Source: Flavobacteriaceae bacterium (lineage in GTDB: Bacteria; Bacteroidota; Bacteroidia; Flavobacteriales; Flavobacteriaceae). Taken from it: DNA of 57,859 bases. The stretch lies in NCBI GenBank assembly GCA_028277085.1, contig JANQHL010000230.1, positions 1 through 57,859 of the forward strand, written 5' to 3'. This document shows positions 29,301 to 36,335 of this stretch, in pieces. The translations under genes were made by a program, and so were the position numbers. Positions within the stretch are counted from its first letter, which is position 1. Every line of letters starts with the position of its first letter. Under the pieces are notes generated by a model, which made no database searches, had not been told where the DNA came from, and was given only the letters and a program-made list of their open reading frames with translations.

Positions 29301-31736
29301 ATCAAAACTAGGGTTTGAATTGTAGGCCGTAATAATATTGTCGTTGGTAGTATCAACGAGCTGAAATTCGTAATCCACGGGCATATTGGTGACGGTAATA
29401 TTTCCCGGAGTGTTACAGACAATATCACTACTGTTGAATTGAGGATTTAGCGGATTTTTAAAGACATTAAAATAAAAGCGGCTAAAACACCCGTTTTGAT
29501 AGTTGATCACCAAACGATATTGTCCTGCATCAGCGGCTATAAAGTCGTTTCCATTTGCCACGGTATTCCAGGTACAACCGTTATCCGTATTCGCGCAGTC
29601 CTGTGTTGCTGCCGGGCAACTGGTTTCGTCCAATTGTTCCCACACTATACTATCGGCATCGGGAATGTTTACCTGGATGAGCTCGGTATCATTCAATCCA
29701 CAAAGGAATACCTGTGGGAGTTCCTCTCCATCGTTCGGACAAACTACAATTTCCCCTTCTACAGTGTTTGTGGTATCATTAATTAAGGCGGTAATTGGAT
29801 TGGTTTGGGTGGCTCCAAAGAGTTCTACAATAATGATTTCCTGAAAGCCTTTACAAGGATCTGCTACTTCCTTATCCACAATGAAGGTGCCGGTTTCGTC
29901 TACCAAAAGGGTACTAGGGTCACCATCGGGATCTCCATCGTTAAGAACAGTATCTCCTGCATCTATCTCTCCGTCGCCGTTCTCATCCCTATACCAGGTG
30001 TAGGCATCAAAGTTGTCCCCTGCATCCAGCAATACATCTTCACCACATAGTTGTACGGTTCTTGTATAATTGCAGTTTTCCAGGTCATCGAGTAGAAAAT
30101 TGGTCGCTCCGGGAGTAGTAAAACCACAATCGTCAAAATCGGATACACTGGGGTCATCGGTAATAATATCGGTAAAAATCACTCCGCGATACGTTGAAAA
30201 TGCTTGATTTTCAATAAGATCCGTACAGGCATCCACAAAGTCAAAACAATTTTCGGCCACCTGTACCCGCATCCGTATTTCGGATATGGGGTCCCCAACC
30301 TCTACCAGATTGTCCGGAACAGCAAACGTGATTTCATTGTTCACGGAGTCATAGTTGTATACCACCCCAGTAGGTACAGTAATATTTGATAGATCCAGGG
30401 TGGTGTTGGTGGGTAGTACATCCCTAATGGTATAGTACCTTTCATAAGGATCGCTGCTCGTGGGATCTATTCCTGTTGCATCGTCGTTTCCGGTGTTTAC
30501 AAAGGACAACACATAATCGAGATATTGTCCCAGGTTTACTCCTGCCCCGGTAATATCGTTTCCTGCGATATCTTCCACCTTCTTTTCCAGCACAATATTG
30601 GGCTCAATAATTTCTATCCCAAAGGTGACCAGGAAAGCGCCAAAGGCATCTCCCTGTGTGAAGAGTCGTAGTGTAGCGTCGGTTTCCCCATTGGCAATGA
30701 TACTGTTGGCAGGGTTAGCAATTTCAAAGATGTCCGAGTCAAAACCAAGGGTATTCGTACTGGCAATGTTTCGGGTAGTTACATCTACACCATCAATGGT
30801 GATATTGGAATTAAAGAAATTGTTCGCCGGATTGGCCCCATTGGAAAGATTGGTAAAACCGGGATTCATTGGTGTTTCAATACGAAAAGCATCTCCGGAA
30901 ATACCCCTATCACCTTCCACAACACTTGCTCCAAGTCGTGCCCGTACCGGACCAACAGGTATACTGTTAAAACCGGAAACCGTAATGTCTGCACTGGTGC
31001 TCCCTCGTACCCCGGCATAACCGTCAAAAACAGAAATATATTTTCCGGATAAGGTTGGGTTTTCGTAAATGATCACCAAGGTCCAACCCCCGGCGCCACC
31101 AACACTTCGCCCTCGGGTAGCCCGAATGTTTCCTACAAAGTATTCCCCACTGGCGTCTGGTAGGGCTTGAAGCAAACTGGTTACGTTCTTGTAACAGGTA
31201 TAGGGAGAATCCTTAAAGTTTACGTCATCATGGATAATATCGTCTTCATCACCGACAGGATCGGGATCGTTATCTGCGGTTAGGTCTACATAGGTTCCCC
31301 CGGGAACGCGAAATTTTACTGTGGTAAAATCCAGTCGTTGGGTATCATTGGCCGGTAAAGTCGGTATTTGGGAGTTGTTTAGTACTTCTTGCTGATAGTT
31401 GGCTGACCAGTACAACCCGGCATAGTAGATCCTGGAACAGAACGGTAAGGTCAACGTGGAACTACTGGAACTGAAAGTCGACGGATCCCCATCAATGTCA
31501 ATATAATCCCGGTGGAATCCATTGTTATTAGAACTTCCATTATAAGGATCGTTTGCGGTACTACTGGAATTTACCCGATTTAATATACCATTGGACAAAA
31601 AGGTATAATCTCCCTTAATATTGATGTAAGAGTTATCTAGCCTTGGCGTAAAAGGAACTTCTACCTGGGCTTTGAGGGTTATTGCAAATAAGACAAATAG
31701 TACGGATAGAAAATAGGTGGTTTTCCGATGTTTCAT
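17340..31736 (-). CDS. sprB: Giant SprB-like gliding-motility adhesin (4798 aa) with T9SS type B C-terminal domain
   Basis: Signal peptide; dozens of Cys-containing 'GG..PY.Y ... G.Y...V.D.NGC' repeats; C-terminus VPNFFTPDGDGMND.W...IFDRYG...WNG...LPTGDYWY...GHFTLYR; lies between sprD-like and sprF-like genes. Confidence 0.88.
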   Translation of the reverse strand: MKHRKTTYFLSVLFVLFAITLKAQVEVPFTPRLDNSYINIKGDYTFLSNGILNRVNSSSTANDPYNGSSNNNGFHRDYIDIDGDPSTFSSSSSTLTLPFCSRIYYAGLYWSANYQQEVLNNSQIPTLPANDTQRLDFTTVKFRVPGGTYVDLTADNDPDPVGDEDDIIHDDVNFKDSPYTCYKNVTSLLQALPDASGEYFVGNIRATRGRSVGGAGGWTLVIIYENPTLSGKYISVFDGYAGVRGSTSADITVSGFNSIPVGPVRARLGASVVEGDRGISGDAFRIETPMNPGFTNLSNGANPANNFFNSNITIDGVDVTTRNIASTNTLGFDSDIFEIANPANSIIANGETDATLRLFTQGDAFGAFLVTFGIEIIEPNIVLEKKVEDIAGNDITGAGVNLGQYLDYVLSFVNTGNDDATGIDPTSSDPYERYYTIRDVLPTNTTLDLSNITVPTGVVYNYDSVNNEITFAVPDNLVEVGDPISEIRMRVQVAENCFDFVDACTDLIENQAFSTYRGVIFTDIITDDPSVSDFDDCGFTTPGATNFLLDDLENCNYTRTVQLCGEDVLLDAGDNFDAYTWYRDENGDGEIDAGDTVLNDGDPDGDPSTLLVDETGTFIVDKEVADPCKGFQEIIIVELFGATQTNPITALINDTTNTVEGEIVVCPNDGEELPQVFLCGLNDTELIQVNIPDADSIVWEQLDETSCPAATQDCANTDNGCTWNTVANGNDFIAADAGQYRLVINYQNGCFSRFYFNVFKNPLNPQFNSSDIVCNTPGNITVTNMPVDYEFQLVDTTNDNIITAYNSNPSFDITTNGAYRVEMRQQGVVDGCVFILDNIGILERNFQVDVATKDTDCNGLGEISISVLDVNPQYYYEISQGGTTVDTFGPSDDNNYTFANLNDGVYDILVTTDDGCNYTGQVTINDVTDLDVSAVTTKPIDCTEGIITVTGTGGFPNPDYAYAIWSYNGTDLYPDVASIPGSAYQIGNDFLFTDTEAGVYEFIVVDGNNCTHISNPATIAVAPVAEYTTSQTDETCFGIEDGTFTVNVTNSNGYTLTYELTYPDTSTANNTSGAFTGLPQGDYTLTITQTQGAVSCPFIETFTIGGPADLPSGDAVLLQDYTCLQQASIEVQNVTGGTAPYEYSIDGVNFVSGAGAETFPNLTDGTYSITIRDDNDCTFTTNAITIDPLVPPSDLSFTATAPNCPANTSDVTVTVTDGEDPYVFEIIAPSAIAATSITGNSADFNGLAPDTYIFRVTDHKGCVYDESFTIDPVTPINVVGSLVSNVSCFGGTDGAIEFTVSGFSTDYDYEITGPTTFNGNNETATTQPFSSLGVGTYTIEVTDNTTNCIAITSVTVDGPAADLLATATVTQPTCPVPGSVLIAATDGWGGYTYEITAGPIGFTPPAAQNNGLFNNLTLGGQYTFRVTDVNNCAFTDTFDIIEAVAPNLAIVPNAICYDAAVGLTLTANVTSGGDGNFEYRLNGGVYDTNNVFTGLGPGTYTIDVRDGNDCAGTASITINPELTVVASAPNITACGTDTDIDITAGGGDGNYVFAVVGDGVPPTPGDFGTTNPINVTGAGDYDVYVRDNNGNSGYCEATFDITIAQDAPLALNITNTPVLCSGEAQATITIVASGGEGPYEYSIDNGATYQPSDSFVNQPAGSYTIRVRDANNCAISEVYTVSEPLTLSASAAVTQLAECNSGEAEVRITNVLGGTAPYDYSFNGGTSYDTSAVELLLPGTHTVYVRDANNCTFPMTVTVDPEPTPPNVAVSIDYNCEGDGVITLTPDSSDFDYTYELDGTPNSPPTSNIFTESPGNYTVTVNYTSNIPPTPSVLLLEDFGVGPNTPISEIDGDYYCYDPQNGTATPCAPLDGRTNNSPNSRINDLEYSVTNTIVAPFGAWVSPVDASGTPGGRYLAINVGNPGVNTIVYSKRNVEIVPNRDIEVSLDVINLVSAGRNIIEPNILVELVDPFGAIIASGSTGPIPENLGPTDWRNLTIPLNPGANTTIDIVIRTIATGTNGNDVAIDNIRAEQLPEVCAGTIDIPVTIDAGYAFNASITAFSNISCASFTDGSITFEVENFGAGGFEYSLDGFTTTLGSSTTSPITINTLSATNHTLTIRDVDNPIAGCTVVLNQTLTAPLAVSPTASVTTAATCTDGGVITASATDGTPGYLFQLEDTGGTPIAGYDFATNGGNTVFSGIAPADYIVRVQDANNCENTVAITVDPPANIAFTVTPTTCFTNTNDGVLQIDVTGGNGNYQFNIDGGPWMTPTPSSATTYSFTNLASDTYTVNVRDQFGCVGTAIPVTVHPQPSALLTADLTCLADASITITPDDALGTFSYEWSNDGGATFFTTGFSGANGNIFTTDTDGTYIFRVTDTTHPLACVETTNTVVVTPALRPVITSVTPTHVVCNGDTNGALDVTIDTAIGLPPYVIEVIETNTSTNYGTQTAGLPAGNYEVTITDDKGCVSDPFPVSITEPAVIAPNISNTNLICTATGNELGTITVDASGGTPDYIYDVYNSDFSVSLTYDTSTGTNNHTFTGLDFGDYTVSITDANGCESLSTVTITTGPDVLITTVGTAGCTPGSGEMLVEADADNGTLGFGTFYFAIYPAPAFNVADPAWFPADPSPPAPANSHLFTGLTPGVTYTFVVHDDDTNCEYIQEATVPVASTSTLASTIDATTAITCTGAADGTVDFTVSGYGGSDVDYELFVATTNVTTGTTGSISGAVGGPESDAITGIAPGEYYILFTETNGPNTGCVMASDTFVILQAPTLLDLNVASPVNDNCNLNAGVITATAQFGAPPYEFQYLLDTAAPPTATSAGWITDTSANVEFGDYIVYVKDANDCIQSRPITVDEDPSPEFTLAVVDECVVEGQFEVLMTLTNPGVASPSFTLSVNGGPSQSITFNGSNQYTVTGLSSGAGQSLALSDVNGCTDTDTFSIVPPLQFNATLTTLLDCEPAPANNPEITINVTSGSGNYDYEITGPVNQARTAIVGSSIVWADASSAGSYTVTVYDTGTAVPNCMRSIIVDVPTAVIPNIAVDAFQNVSCNGADDGIITVSSTDVGIGPYSYEIISGPGSSATFPITSPATGTTAEFTGLEGSAGGITYTIRITASNGCFAETTQVITEPDVISNVNVVVDQFGCTPTSGNNPENASIEVQPGITGGSGTYVIYEFVEEDDPNTVPVEAPAIVQSGSNPTYIETALEGGVYTINVYDDNGCVGSTTATIQPFDTLQSASIAIDNAATCTSGEDITITATGLLTNSTTNPANYEFRELPSGSFQASGSFTLAVGTHNFEVMNLTTGCVITATHTVADPEVLHLDVVSTTDITCFGNTDGAVTLDLQDATNTTYTGAITYTLYQDVNNTPTNLADDVTSAGGDADGNFTISGLAAGSYFIEVVDTNPPGSDCTYQEAFTIGGPAAGLSALVIREEITCVPGADGVLEITDVQGGWGNYLYYVSATPIPDEFDPANYIANPRFENLTADTYEIWVIDAGGCPLQLPDETLDVPNPIVASLAVTNPNCTNIEGSIEVSAPTGGQGSNYTFQLIRNGGNVGSPQTTRTFGNLGEGSYTVEVLDQWGCSLITNAVQLYDEIVPAVTIDKLIDCTPDPGGHITITQTGGSGAFDYSVTFPDSSTPLPDILVTNTATFTDLTDSGTYTFTITDTATGHSCVKTITATLDDFVAPVLLDATIVNVSCFGGADGSILANLDSTTDDNPPYQYELIGLAGAPSRPLQSDPLFTGLPEGNYQVRVVSSRGCEDVKNETITQPNALLASATATPFACNPDNTVNTSTITVTATDGTAPYRYSIDNVNFQTSNTFEIIDNGMVRNITVYVVDDNGCTTTAIVPTIDPINTFTVAATQNLAITCVNPEEVLLTITDNGHPGNVYDFELLPVGNPAGSLTSNPSSTSAVFELTDVGTYTFRITDTVTGCYVDTAPYTIAPYDLIHVEATATAPAICFTDAGTIEIDVTGYSGPYSYIVYRTDGTTVLTGNGNTSTNPFAIPDPTSLLVGGNYYVEVTEDPATGCVDPSNTVTIISPDMQLDVTVDEVANVTCTNDQGEIRVTPSGGYAPYDIVLTNTTTGQSYTENDVVEFVFSGLSAGDYDVQITDDGGCTISRHDILTLSIPPSIVTDISPPVTLTCYGDTNASVSADLPTGGSGTYQYQLNVYANFGDMTPIATSGFQSSNTFNNLGAGVYSITVSDGWNCDVTTGQVEIDQPAEVMANLIQTAPRTCTTDASLLLTATGGDTTGTYQYFDIATATWINFNGGNTHTFTGVPAATYQYTIRDANSCEAMISNEITVDPVPPLALDIDDSAAFINCTGEASATIIANASGGLGDYFYELYDADPATSAPIVGPIANNTFSGLAAGNYYIRVISQDCETTTPNPIPIMDPIPLQVDREEFTDVTCSGLDDGTITVEVSGGTGEIFYAITPNLNQFDTVNTFTGLAPGVYDVIAQDRNGCFITFQFPIIEPDPIAASAINIQHEVCVGDADGSFDLEITGGTAPYRTSLNTNNDADYVQDQLTFSNLPAGTHVVFIRDEQDCEANVIVEINPGVNLNATVIPIYTCNGVIPENTLEVTLEDSSVSGDVLYALDSTDPADLQLTPDFTNIAPGDHYLTLVHANGCMNTIDFVIESFEPLTLMLEQNNINEITAVVNGGSPDYTIIFDGNDNGTDNTYIINRTDTYLVTVIDSLGCEVSAEIEMEFIDIEVPNFFTPDGDGMNDYWIPENLEAFPNVLMIIFDRYGRELYRMGYGDTGWNGIYNSADLPTGDYWYIIKLQGENDDREFVGHFTLYR

Positions 31737-33821
31737 CTAACTAGTTTGGTTTGGTTTCACCCGCATGATCCAAATAGGATCGTGGTAGGCGTCATTTAGT
31801 TTGGAGTAGTAAGAGGTTAAAGCGTTGGTCCAATCGTCATGCTTCTTTAGGTAGACATAACGATATTTATTTTCAGGATTAATAAAGTAGCTCGCACTTA
31901 ATCCTTTGGCGTTTAAGAATCGTACAAAGCGATTGGCATTGGCCGGATTTTCAAATACGTTAGCGATAATGTAAAAGCCAGATGCAATACCGTTGACATC
32001 CAGGGTTTTGTAACTGATAGCAACTTTTTCCTGAGGCGTCCGAACGTTTTGCTGTAATACGGAATCATCATAATTAACAGCATCTTCTGATCGGCTAGCC
32101 AAATCACTGTAGTCTCGTGTGCCATTTACCTTCATCACCCAGGTATCACCCTGGTAGGTACCATTAAGACCGGATCGGTAGGCCGCAACGGCATCTTCCT
32201 TTGCATCATAGTTTTTCAGATAAACATAGTTCAGACCATTTCGAGGATTGGTAAAGTAATCTGCCTCAATGCCTTGTGCTTTTAGCTCATCGATGAATTT
32301 GTTCATGTATTTTGTGCCGCGGTAAACGTTTGCAATTAAATAATGGCCGCTTTCAATATTGGCAATGCTGAACGACTTGAATTTACCGGACGATTTTTTA
32401 TACCGAACGGCATCTTTAGCTTTTGGTTGAGTTTGTGTTACGGCACGTTCTTTGGTATTTACCGGGTTAAGTGCCTGCTTTTGTGTGGTAAGCTGAATGA
32501 TTTCTTTAGCAGCGGAAGTGTTGCTAAGCCCATCGTTGGATATAGGTTTTTTGCTATTAACAGAAGCCAGCATATCCACACTATCCATATCCGCAAAGTA
32601 GATATCCCGGGCTTTTTGTTCAATTTCGGGATTTTGATCCTGCGTTGCTCTTCGCACCATTTTCATCACCGTTGCAAATCTTCTTTCCAAATCGCTTTCC
32701 CGATTGCGCTCAATAGAATCTTGTCGTAGCAATAGCTCATCCAGGATGGCATCGTTTTCTGCAAGCTTTTGTTCTAGCTCGGCGATTTTTAGATCCTTCT
32801 CGGATAAGGAAAGCTCCTCTATCGGAGTTTCTTCTTTTTCATTATTTACAAGGTCTTCATTGTCTTTCTCCAGCATTACGCGATCTTCGGTCAGATTAGG
32901 CGTAAAGGAATAGGCCAGTGAGATTTCATGGGTAACCCCAAAATCATCAAAATTGTTAGATACGCCTTGTTCTACAGTATATCCCAAAGAAATTCGGCGA
33001 TTCAGATTAAAACCGATCCCGGCCGCAGCACCATAGAAGTCATCATAACCTGCTTGTAACCAGCCCAGTTTGGGCAGGTCCAGGATTAAGCTTCCCCCAA
33101 GCACAACATCTTCTCCCGCTACGCTACTAACCCTGGCCAAAGGCATCAATCGTCCGCTTTCAAAGATTCCTGAGGAGTTTTTAAACTGATGGGTATATTG
33201 TAAATGACCGGTATAGGTTTTCTCGCTGAAATCCGTAATGGACTCGCTCGTTTTTAAGTTGTAGTCGAATAGATTTTCCGCAAAAGCACCAAAGTCGAAA
33301 GCACCGTAGGAAATGTTAAACCCAGGTTGGAAAGTAATTAATGCGCTGTTATCCAAACTATTGAGCAGCGGATCATCATCAATAGGGTTGGCGCGGTTCT
33401 GGTTGAAACCACTATTGTAGTATGAGAAATTAGCCCCAAAAGTGAAGTTGCTTTTCTCACTAAGCTTTATACCATAAGCATAGTTTGCCAACAAGCCAAA
33501 ATTATCGATAAGACCTTCCCTTTGTGTATAGAGGCTTAGCCCCAAACCACTTCGATCGCCGATCCTACCACTGTAACTCAGAAAGTAGGTTTGGTTGTTA
33601 TCATCAAAAGAAACCGATTGGTTTCTATGAAATAGATTGATGTATGACTTGTCTTCCCGAACCGTCGAAAAAGTGGGGTTCAATAAGAACCTATTAAACT
33701 TTAAGAGGTTTTGAGTAGGTACATCATAGGCAATAAAAGGAGCTTCTTCCTGCTGGGCCTGGAGATTAAGCAAGCCGAAGGCGAGAAAAAGAAATACTAC
33801 GAAATGGTTATACTTTTGCAT
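31737..33821 (-). CDS. sprD: SprD-like protein: PorP/SprF barrel, coiled coil and two SPOR-like repeats
   Basis: N-terminal PorP-type barrel (FLLNPTFS...THEISLAY), heptad region, duplicated 'G.Y.IANV...YF.NP.N...YVYLK...W.M.V'; operon position. Confidence 0.78.
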   Translation of the reverse strand: MQKYNHFVVFLFLAFGLLNLQAQQEEAPFIAYDVPTQNLLKFNRFLLNPTFSTVREDKSYINLFHRNQSVSFDDNNQTYFLSYSGRIGDRSGLGLSLYTQREGLIDNFGLLANYAYGIKLSEKSNFTFGANFSYYNSGFNQNRANPIDDDPLLNSLDNSALITFQPGFNISYGAFDFGAFAENLFDYNLKTSESITDFSEKTYTGHLQYTHQFKNSSGIFESGRLMPLARVSSVAGEDVVLGGSLILDLPKLGWLQAGYDDFYGAAAGIGFNLNRRISLGYTVEQGVSNNFDDFGVTHEISLAYSFTPNLTEDRVMLEKDNEDLVNNEKEETPIEELSLSEKDLKIAELEQKLAENDAILDELLLRQDSIERNRESDLERRFATVMKMVRRATQDQNPEIEQKARDIYFADMDSVDMLASVNSKKPISNDGLSNTSAAKEIIQLTTQKQALNPVNTKERAVTQTQPKAKDAVRYKKSSGKFKSFSIANIESGHYLIANVYRGTKYMNKFIDELKAQGIEADYFTNPRNGLNYVYLKNYDAKEDAVAAYRSGLNGTYQGDTWVMKVNGTRDYSDLASRSEDAVNYDDSVLQQNVRTPQEKVAISYKTLDVNGIASGFYIIANVFENPANANRFVRFLNAKGLSASYFINPENKYRYVYLKKHDDWTNALTSYYSKLNDAYHDPIWIMRVKPNQTS

Positions 33822-33828
33822 TGTGGTT

Positions 33829-36081
33829 CTAACGGATAACAGTTATAGTCCCTTGTTTCAGGGTCTCGTTGGTGTTCCTGATTTTATAGTAGAATATTTG
33901 ATTCTTTTTGTTAAATGCGACAGAGGACTGTGGCCAGTTGTTCTGATAGTTGGTCTGATTCAAAATCTCCTCTCCTTTTTCATTAAATATGATGACACGA
34001 ATGTCCTGATCGTTCGAAAAGGTATTTGGGAGTATCCACAGGTCATTTATTCCGTCACCATTAGCGGTTATTACGTTAGGAACGAGAAAGGTGTCTCTAA
34101 AAGCTACAGTAAGTGTTCTGGTGATCTGGCATGACCCTGCAGTGGCTAATAAAGTAAAGGTACCTTCCTGCGAGAACGTATAGGAACTGCCTATTGCCAG
34201 AGAATTGTTGTTGGTGTCGAACCATTCGTATTCTGAGGCTCCGCTGGCGGTCACCGTGATCGACTGCCCTTCAGGGATGATAATATCTTCTTCGGTATCC
34301 AGGACTAAAACCGAGGTATCAAAATCCGTAATTTGCACAGTATTAGAGGTTACTGGACATCCATTCAAAGTCACTTCCAGTTGATAGTCACCCGATTGAT
34401 TCGCTGTAAGCACTTCAGTGGCAGATCCCGTAGGTTGTCCATTACGCAGCCAACGGAAACTGGCTCCGGACAGATCGAAAGTGGTGGTTAATCGTGCATC
34501 ATTAGCACCTTCACATAATACAGGGTTATCACTGGTAATGGCAATTGCCGTATTGGTTCGCAGCTGTACAGGAAGTGTATTGGAAGATACGTTATAGTTC
34601 CCACCAATATCACCACGTAAGAGATAGTCTCCGTTATTTGTGCGATCTGAAATAAACAAAGAACTGCTGGTTTCGCCGGAAACATTGGAACCATCGCGCA
34701 CCCATTGATAGCTGAATACATTTCGCATATCCTGCGTTACGTCTGTACGTGTGCCATTATCCGCTACAGCAATGATTTCTGAAAGACCTAAGGTTACGTC
34801 TGAAGCGTTACAAGCGCTATAGGTGGTTGCGTATTCCACTACAAATTCGAAGGAATTAGGGGAAACAACTGTAGTGATTTCTGAATCCTTGGATGAGGAG
34901 GTACAAGCGCCACCTGTCTGTGTTATTCTTGCAAAATAATCACCTACATCTGTTACCGGTAAGGTAGGGTTAGTTGCTCCGGATATCGGATTCCCGTCTC
35001 TGTACCACTGGTAACCAGGACTGTTTGCATTGGTACTAACGCTTAGTGTTTCGGTTTGTGAAGGAAGCAGTACTACCGTAGCTTCGTTATCCCGGCTTAC
35101 CGTAAAATTGTCAGCATTTGTAATTGCTACTGCAGAGGAACGTTCGCTGCATATGCCGGATCCGGAAATTTCTACTTGATAATCGCCTTCAAAGCCTACG
35201 GTATTGGCATCAACCACGAACGAACTCCCTTCTAAGGTGGGTCCTGCAATGGGGTTACCATCCTTGTACCAGGTATAATCATACCCCTGGCCTACAATAT
35301 TGGCTACGAGTGTTTGCGTTTCCCCCGAACATAAGGCTGTCGAAGCTGGCGGGGTAATGGCAATACCTTGATTGGCCCCAATTTGTATCTCAATGGAGTT
35401 GGAAAGCGTGTTCGCTGACCCACTACAGTTGCCATAGTCTATTTCTACAAAATAGATACCGGCCTGATTAACAGTGATAGTATTGCTGTTCTCAGAAAGT
35501 GGGGTACCACTGCGATACCAGCTATAATTGTAATTTTGCGCACTGGGAACATTGTGCGTCGCTAAGGTGATGGAGGAACCATCACACGCCTGCAAAATTC
35601 CCCCGGAAGGGATATCTCCACTTCCATCTTGACTTATAAGAATCGGACTATCGTATCCAATGAAGTACATGGTGAAGGCGTCCGACTCCGGGCTGGTCAT
35701 AGCCGGGCTTGTACTTCTCACCCTGAATTTATGTCCATCCCCTTGAATGTCTGTCGGCAGGGCAAAGGAAAAATCAAAATCGAAAGTGGTGTTTTTATCT
35801 GTCGCCCTGTCCAATTCGCTTGGGTTGGAGAAAGATCCCTGGGCATCAGAAAGCTCCAGGATAAATTCGTTGTCGGAATTTACCAAGGGAGGGTTCCAGG
35901 TAAAATTGACATAATACTCGTTGAAATCATCGGAAGCACAGGCAGCGGTCCAGGCGGAGTTGCCAGGTAGGTTCGGGTTATCCGCAGGCTCAGGCTTATT
36001 TAAAACCTGGGCATTCAAAAACGGAATGCCAATAGCGCAGATCACAACATAAAGAATACTGTTTCGCAAATTAGGTCTCAT
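33829..36081 (-). CDS. sprC: SprC-like T9SS cargo with Ig-like repeats and type B CTD
   Basis: FILELSDA.GSF N-domain, repeated Y.WY.DG..I.G Ig units, C-terminal VPNVITANGDGINDLW...KQGTITVIR; first gene of the operon. Confidence 0.78.
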   Translation of the reverse strand: MRPNLRNSILYVVICAIGIPFLNAQVLNKPEPADNPNLPGNSAWTAACASDDFNEYYVNFTWNPPLVNSDNEFILELSDAQGSFSNPSELDRATDKNTTFDFDFSFALPTDIQGDGHKFRVRSTSPAMTSPESDAFTMYFIGYDSPILISQDGSGDIPSGGILQACDGSSITLATHNVPSAQNYNYSWYRSGTPLSENSNTITVNQAGIYFVEIDYGNCSGSANTLSNSIEIQIGANQGIAITPPASTALCSGETQTLVANIVGQGYDYTWYKDGNPIAGPTLEGSSFVVDANTVGFEGDYQVEISGSGICSERSSAVAITNADNFTVSRDNEATVVLLPSQTETLSVSTNANSPGYQWYRDGNPISGATNPTLPVTDVGDYFARITQTGGACTSSSKDSEITTVVSPNSFEFVVEYATTYSACNASDVTLGLSEIIAVADNGTRTDVTQDMRNVFSYQWVRDGSNVSGETSSSLFISDRTNNGDYLLRGDIGGNYNVSSNTLPVQLRTNTAIAITSDNPVLCEGANDARLTTTFDLSGASFRWLRNGQPTGSATEVLTANQSGDYQLEVTLNGCPVTSNTVQITDFDTSVLVLDTEEDIIIPEGQSITVTASGASEYEWFDTNNNSLAIGSSYTFSQEGTFTLLATAGSCQITRTLTVAFRDTFLVPNVITANGDGINDLWILPNTFSNDQDIRVIIFNEKGEEILNQTNYQNNWPQSSVAFNKKNQIFYYKIRNTNETLKQGTITVIR

Positions 36082-36310
36082 GGTATGTTAGCTTAAGTGG
36101 ATGACACTTTGGGGGATGTCATCACGCATTTTTCTAGTTAGTAGGTTTTCCTTTTTGCAAAGGCAATTTCATACAGTATTCCTTAAACAAATATTTTATT
36201 AATTCGGGAGAGCGTAAACATAATGTTGTGCTACAGGGATATTCTGTTGTGAAATGGGCATATTCGTATGATGATCAGGTGAAAAAGGGCAACAAACTTC
36301 CCAATTTTGC

Positions 36311-36318
36311 TACATTTG
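36311..36318 (+). promoter_or_regulatory. -7 promoter element for glnS
   Basis: TACATTTG, 17 nt upstream of the ATG at 36336. Confidence 0.65.
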
Positions 36319-36335
36319 TGGATTAATTTTTGGAT

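Noticed and set aside
18129-31020. Many + strand ORFs (up to 196 aa) opposite sprB
   Set aside because: These are antisense shadows of a Thr/Gly/Val-rich repetitive gene, with no motifs or independent signals.
17340-31736. CRISPR-like, DGR-like or phase-variable nucleotide repeats in sprB
   Set aside because: Repeats are visible only at protein level and are diverged in DNA. No exact spaced repeats, long homopolymers or reverse transcriptase were seen.
15844-36330. tRNA-Cys as the integration site of a genomic island carrying the spr operon
   Set aside because: No integrase and no duplicated tRNA 3' end were seen. The operon is on the 5' side of the tRNA and separated from it by folB.
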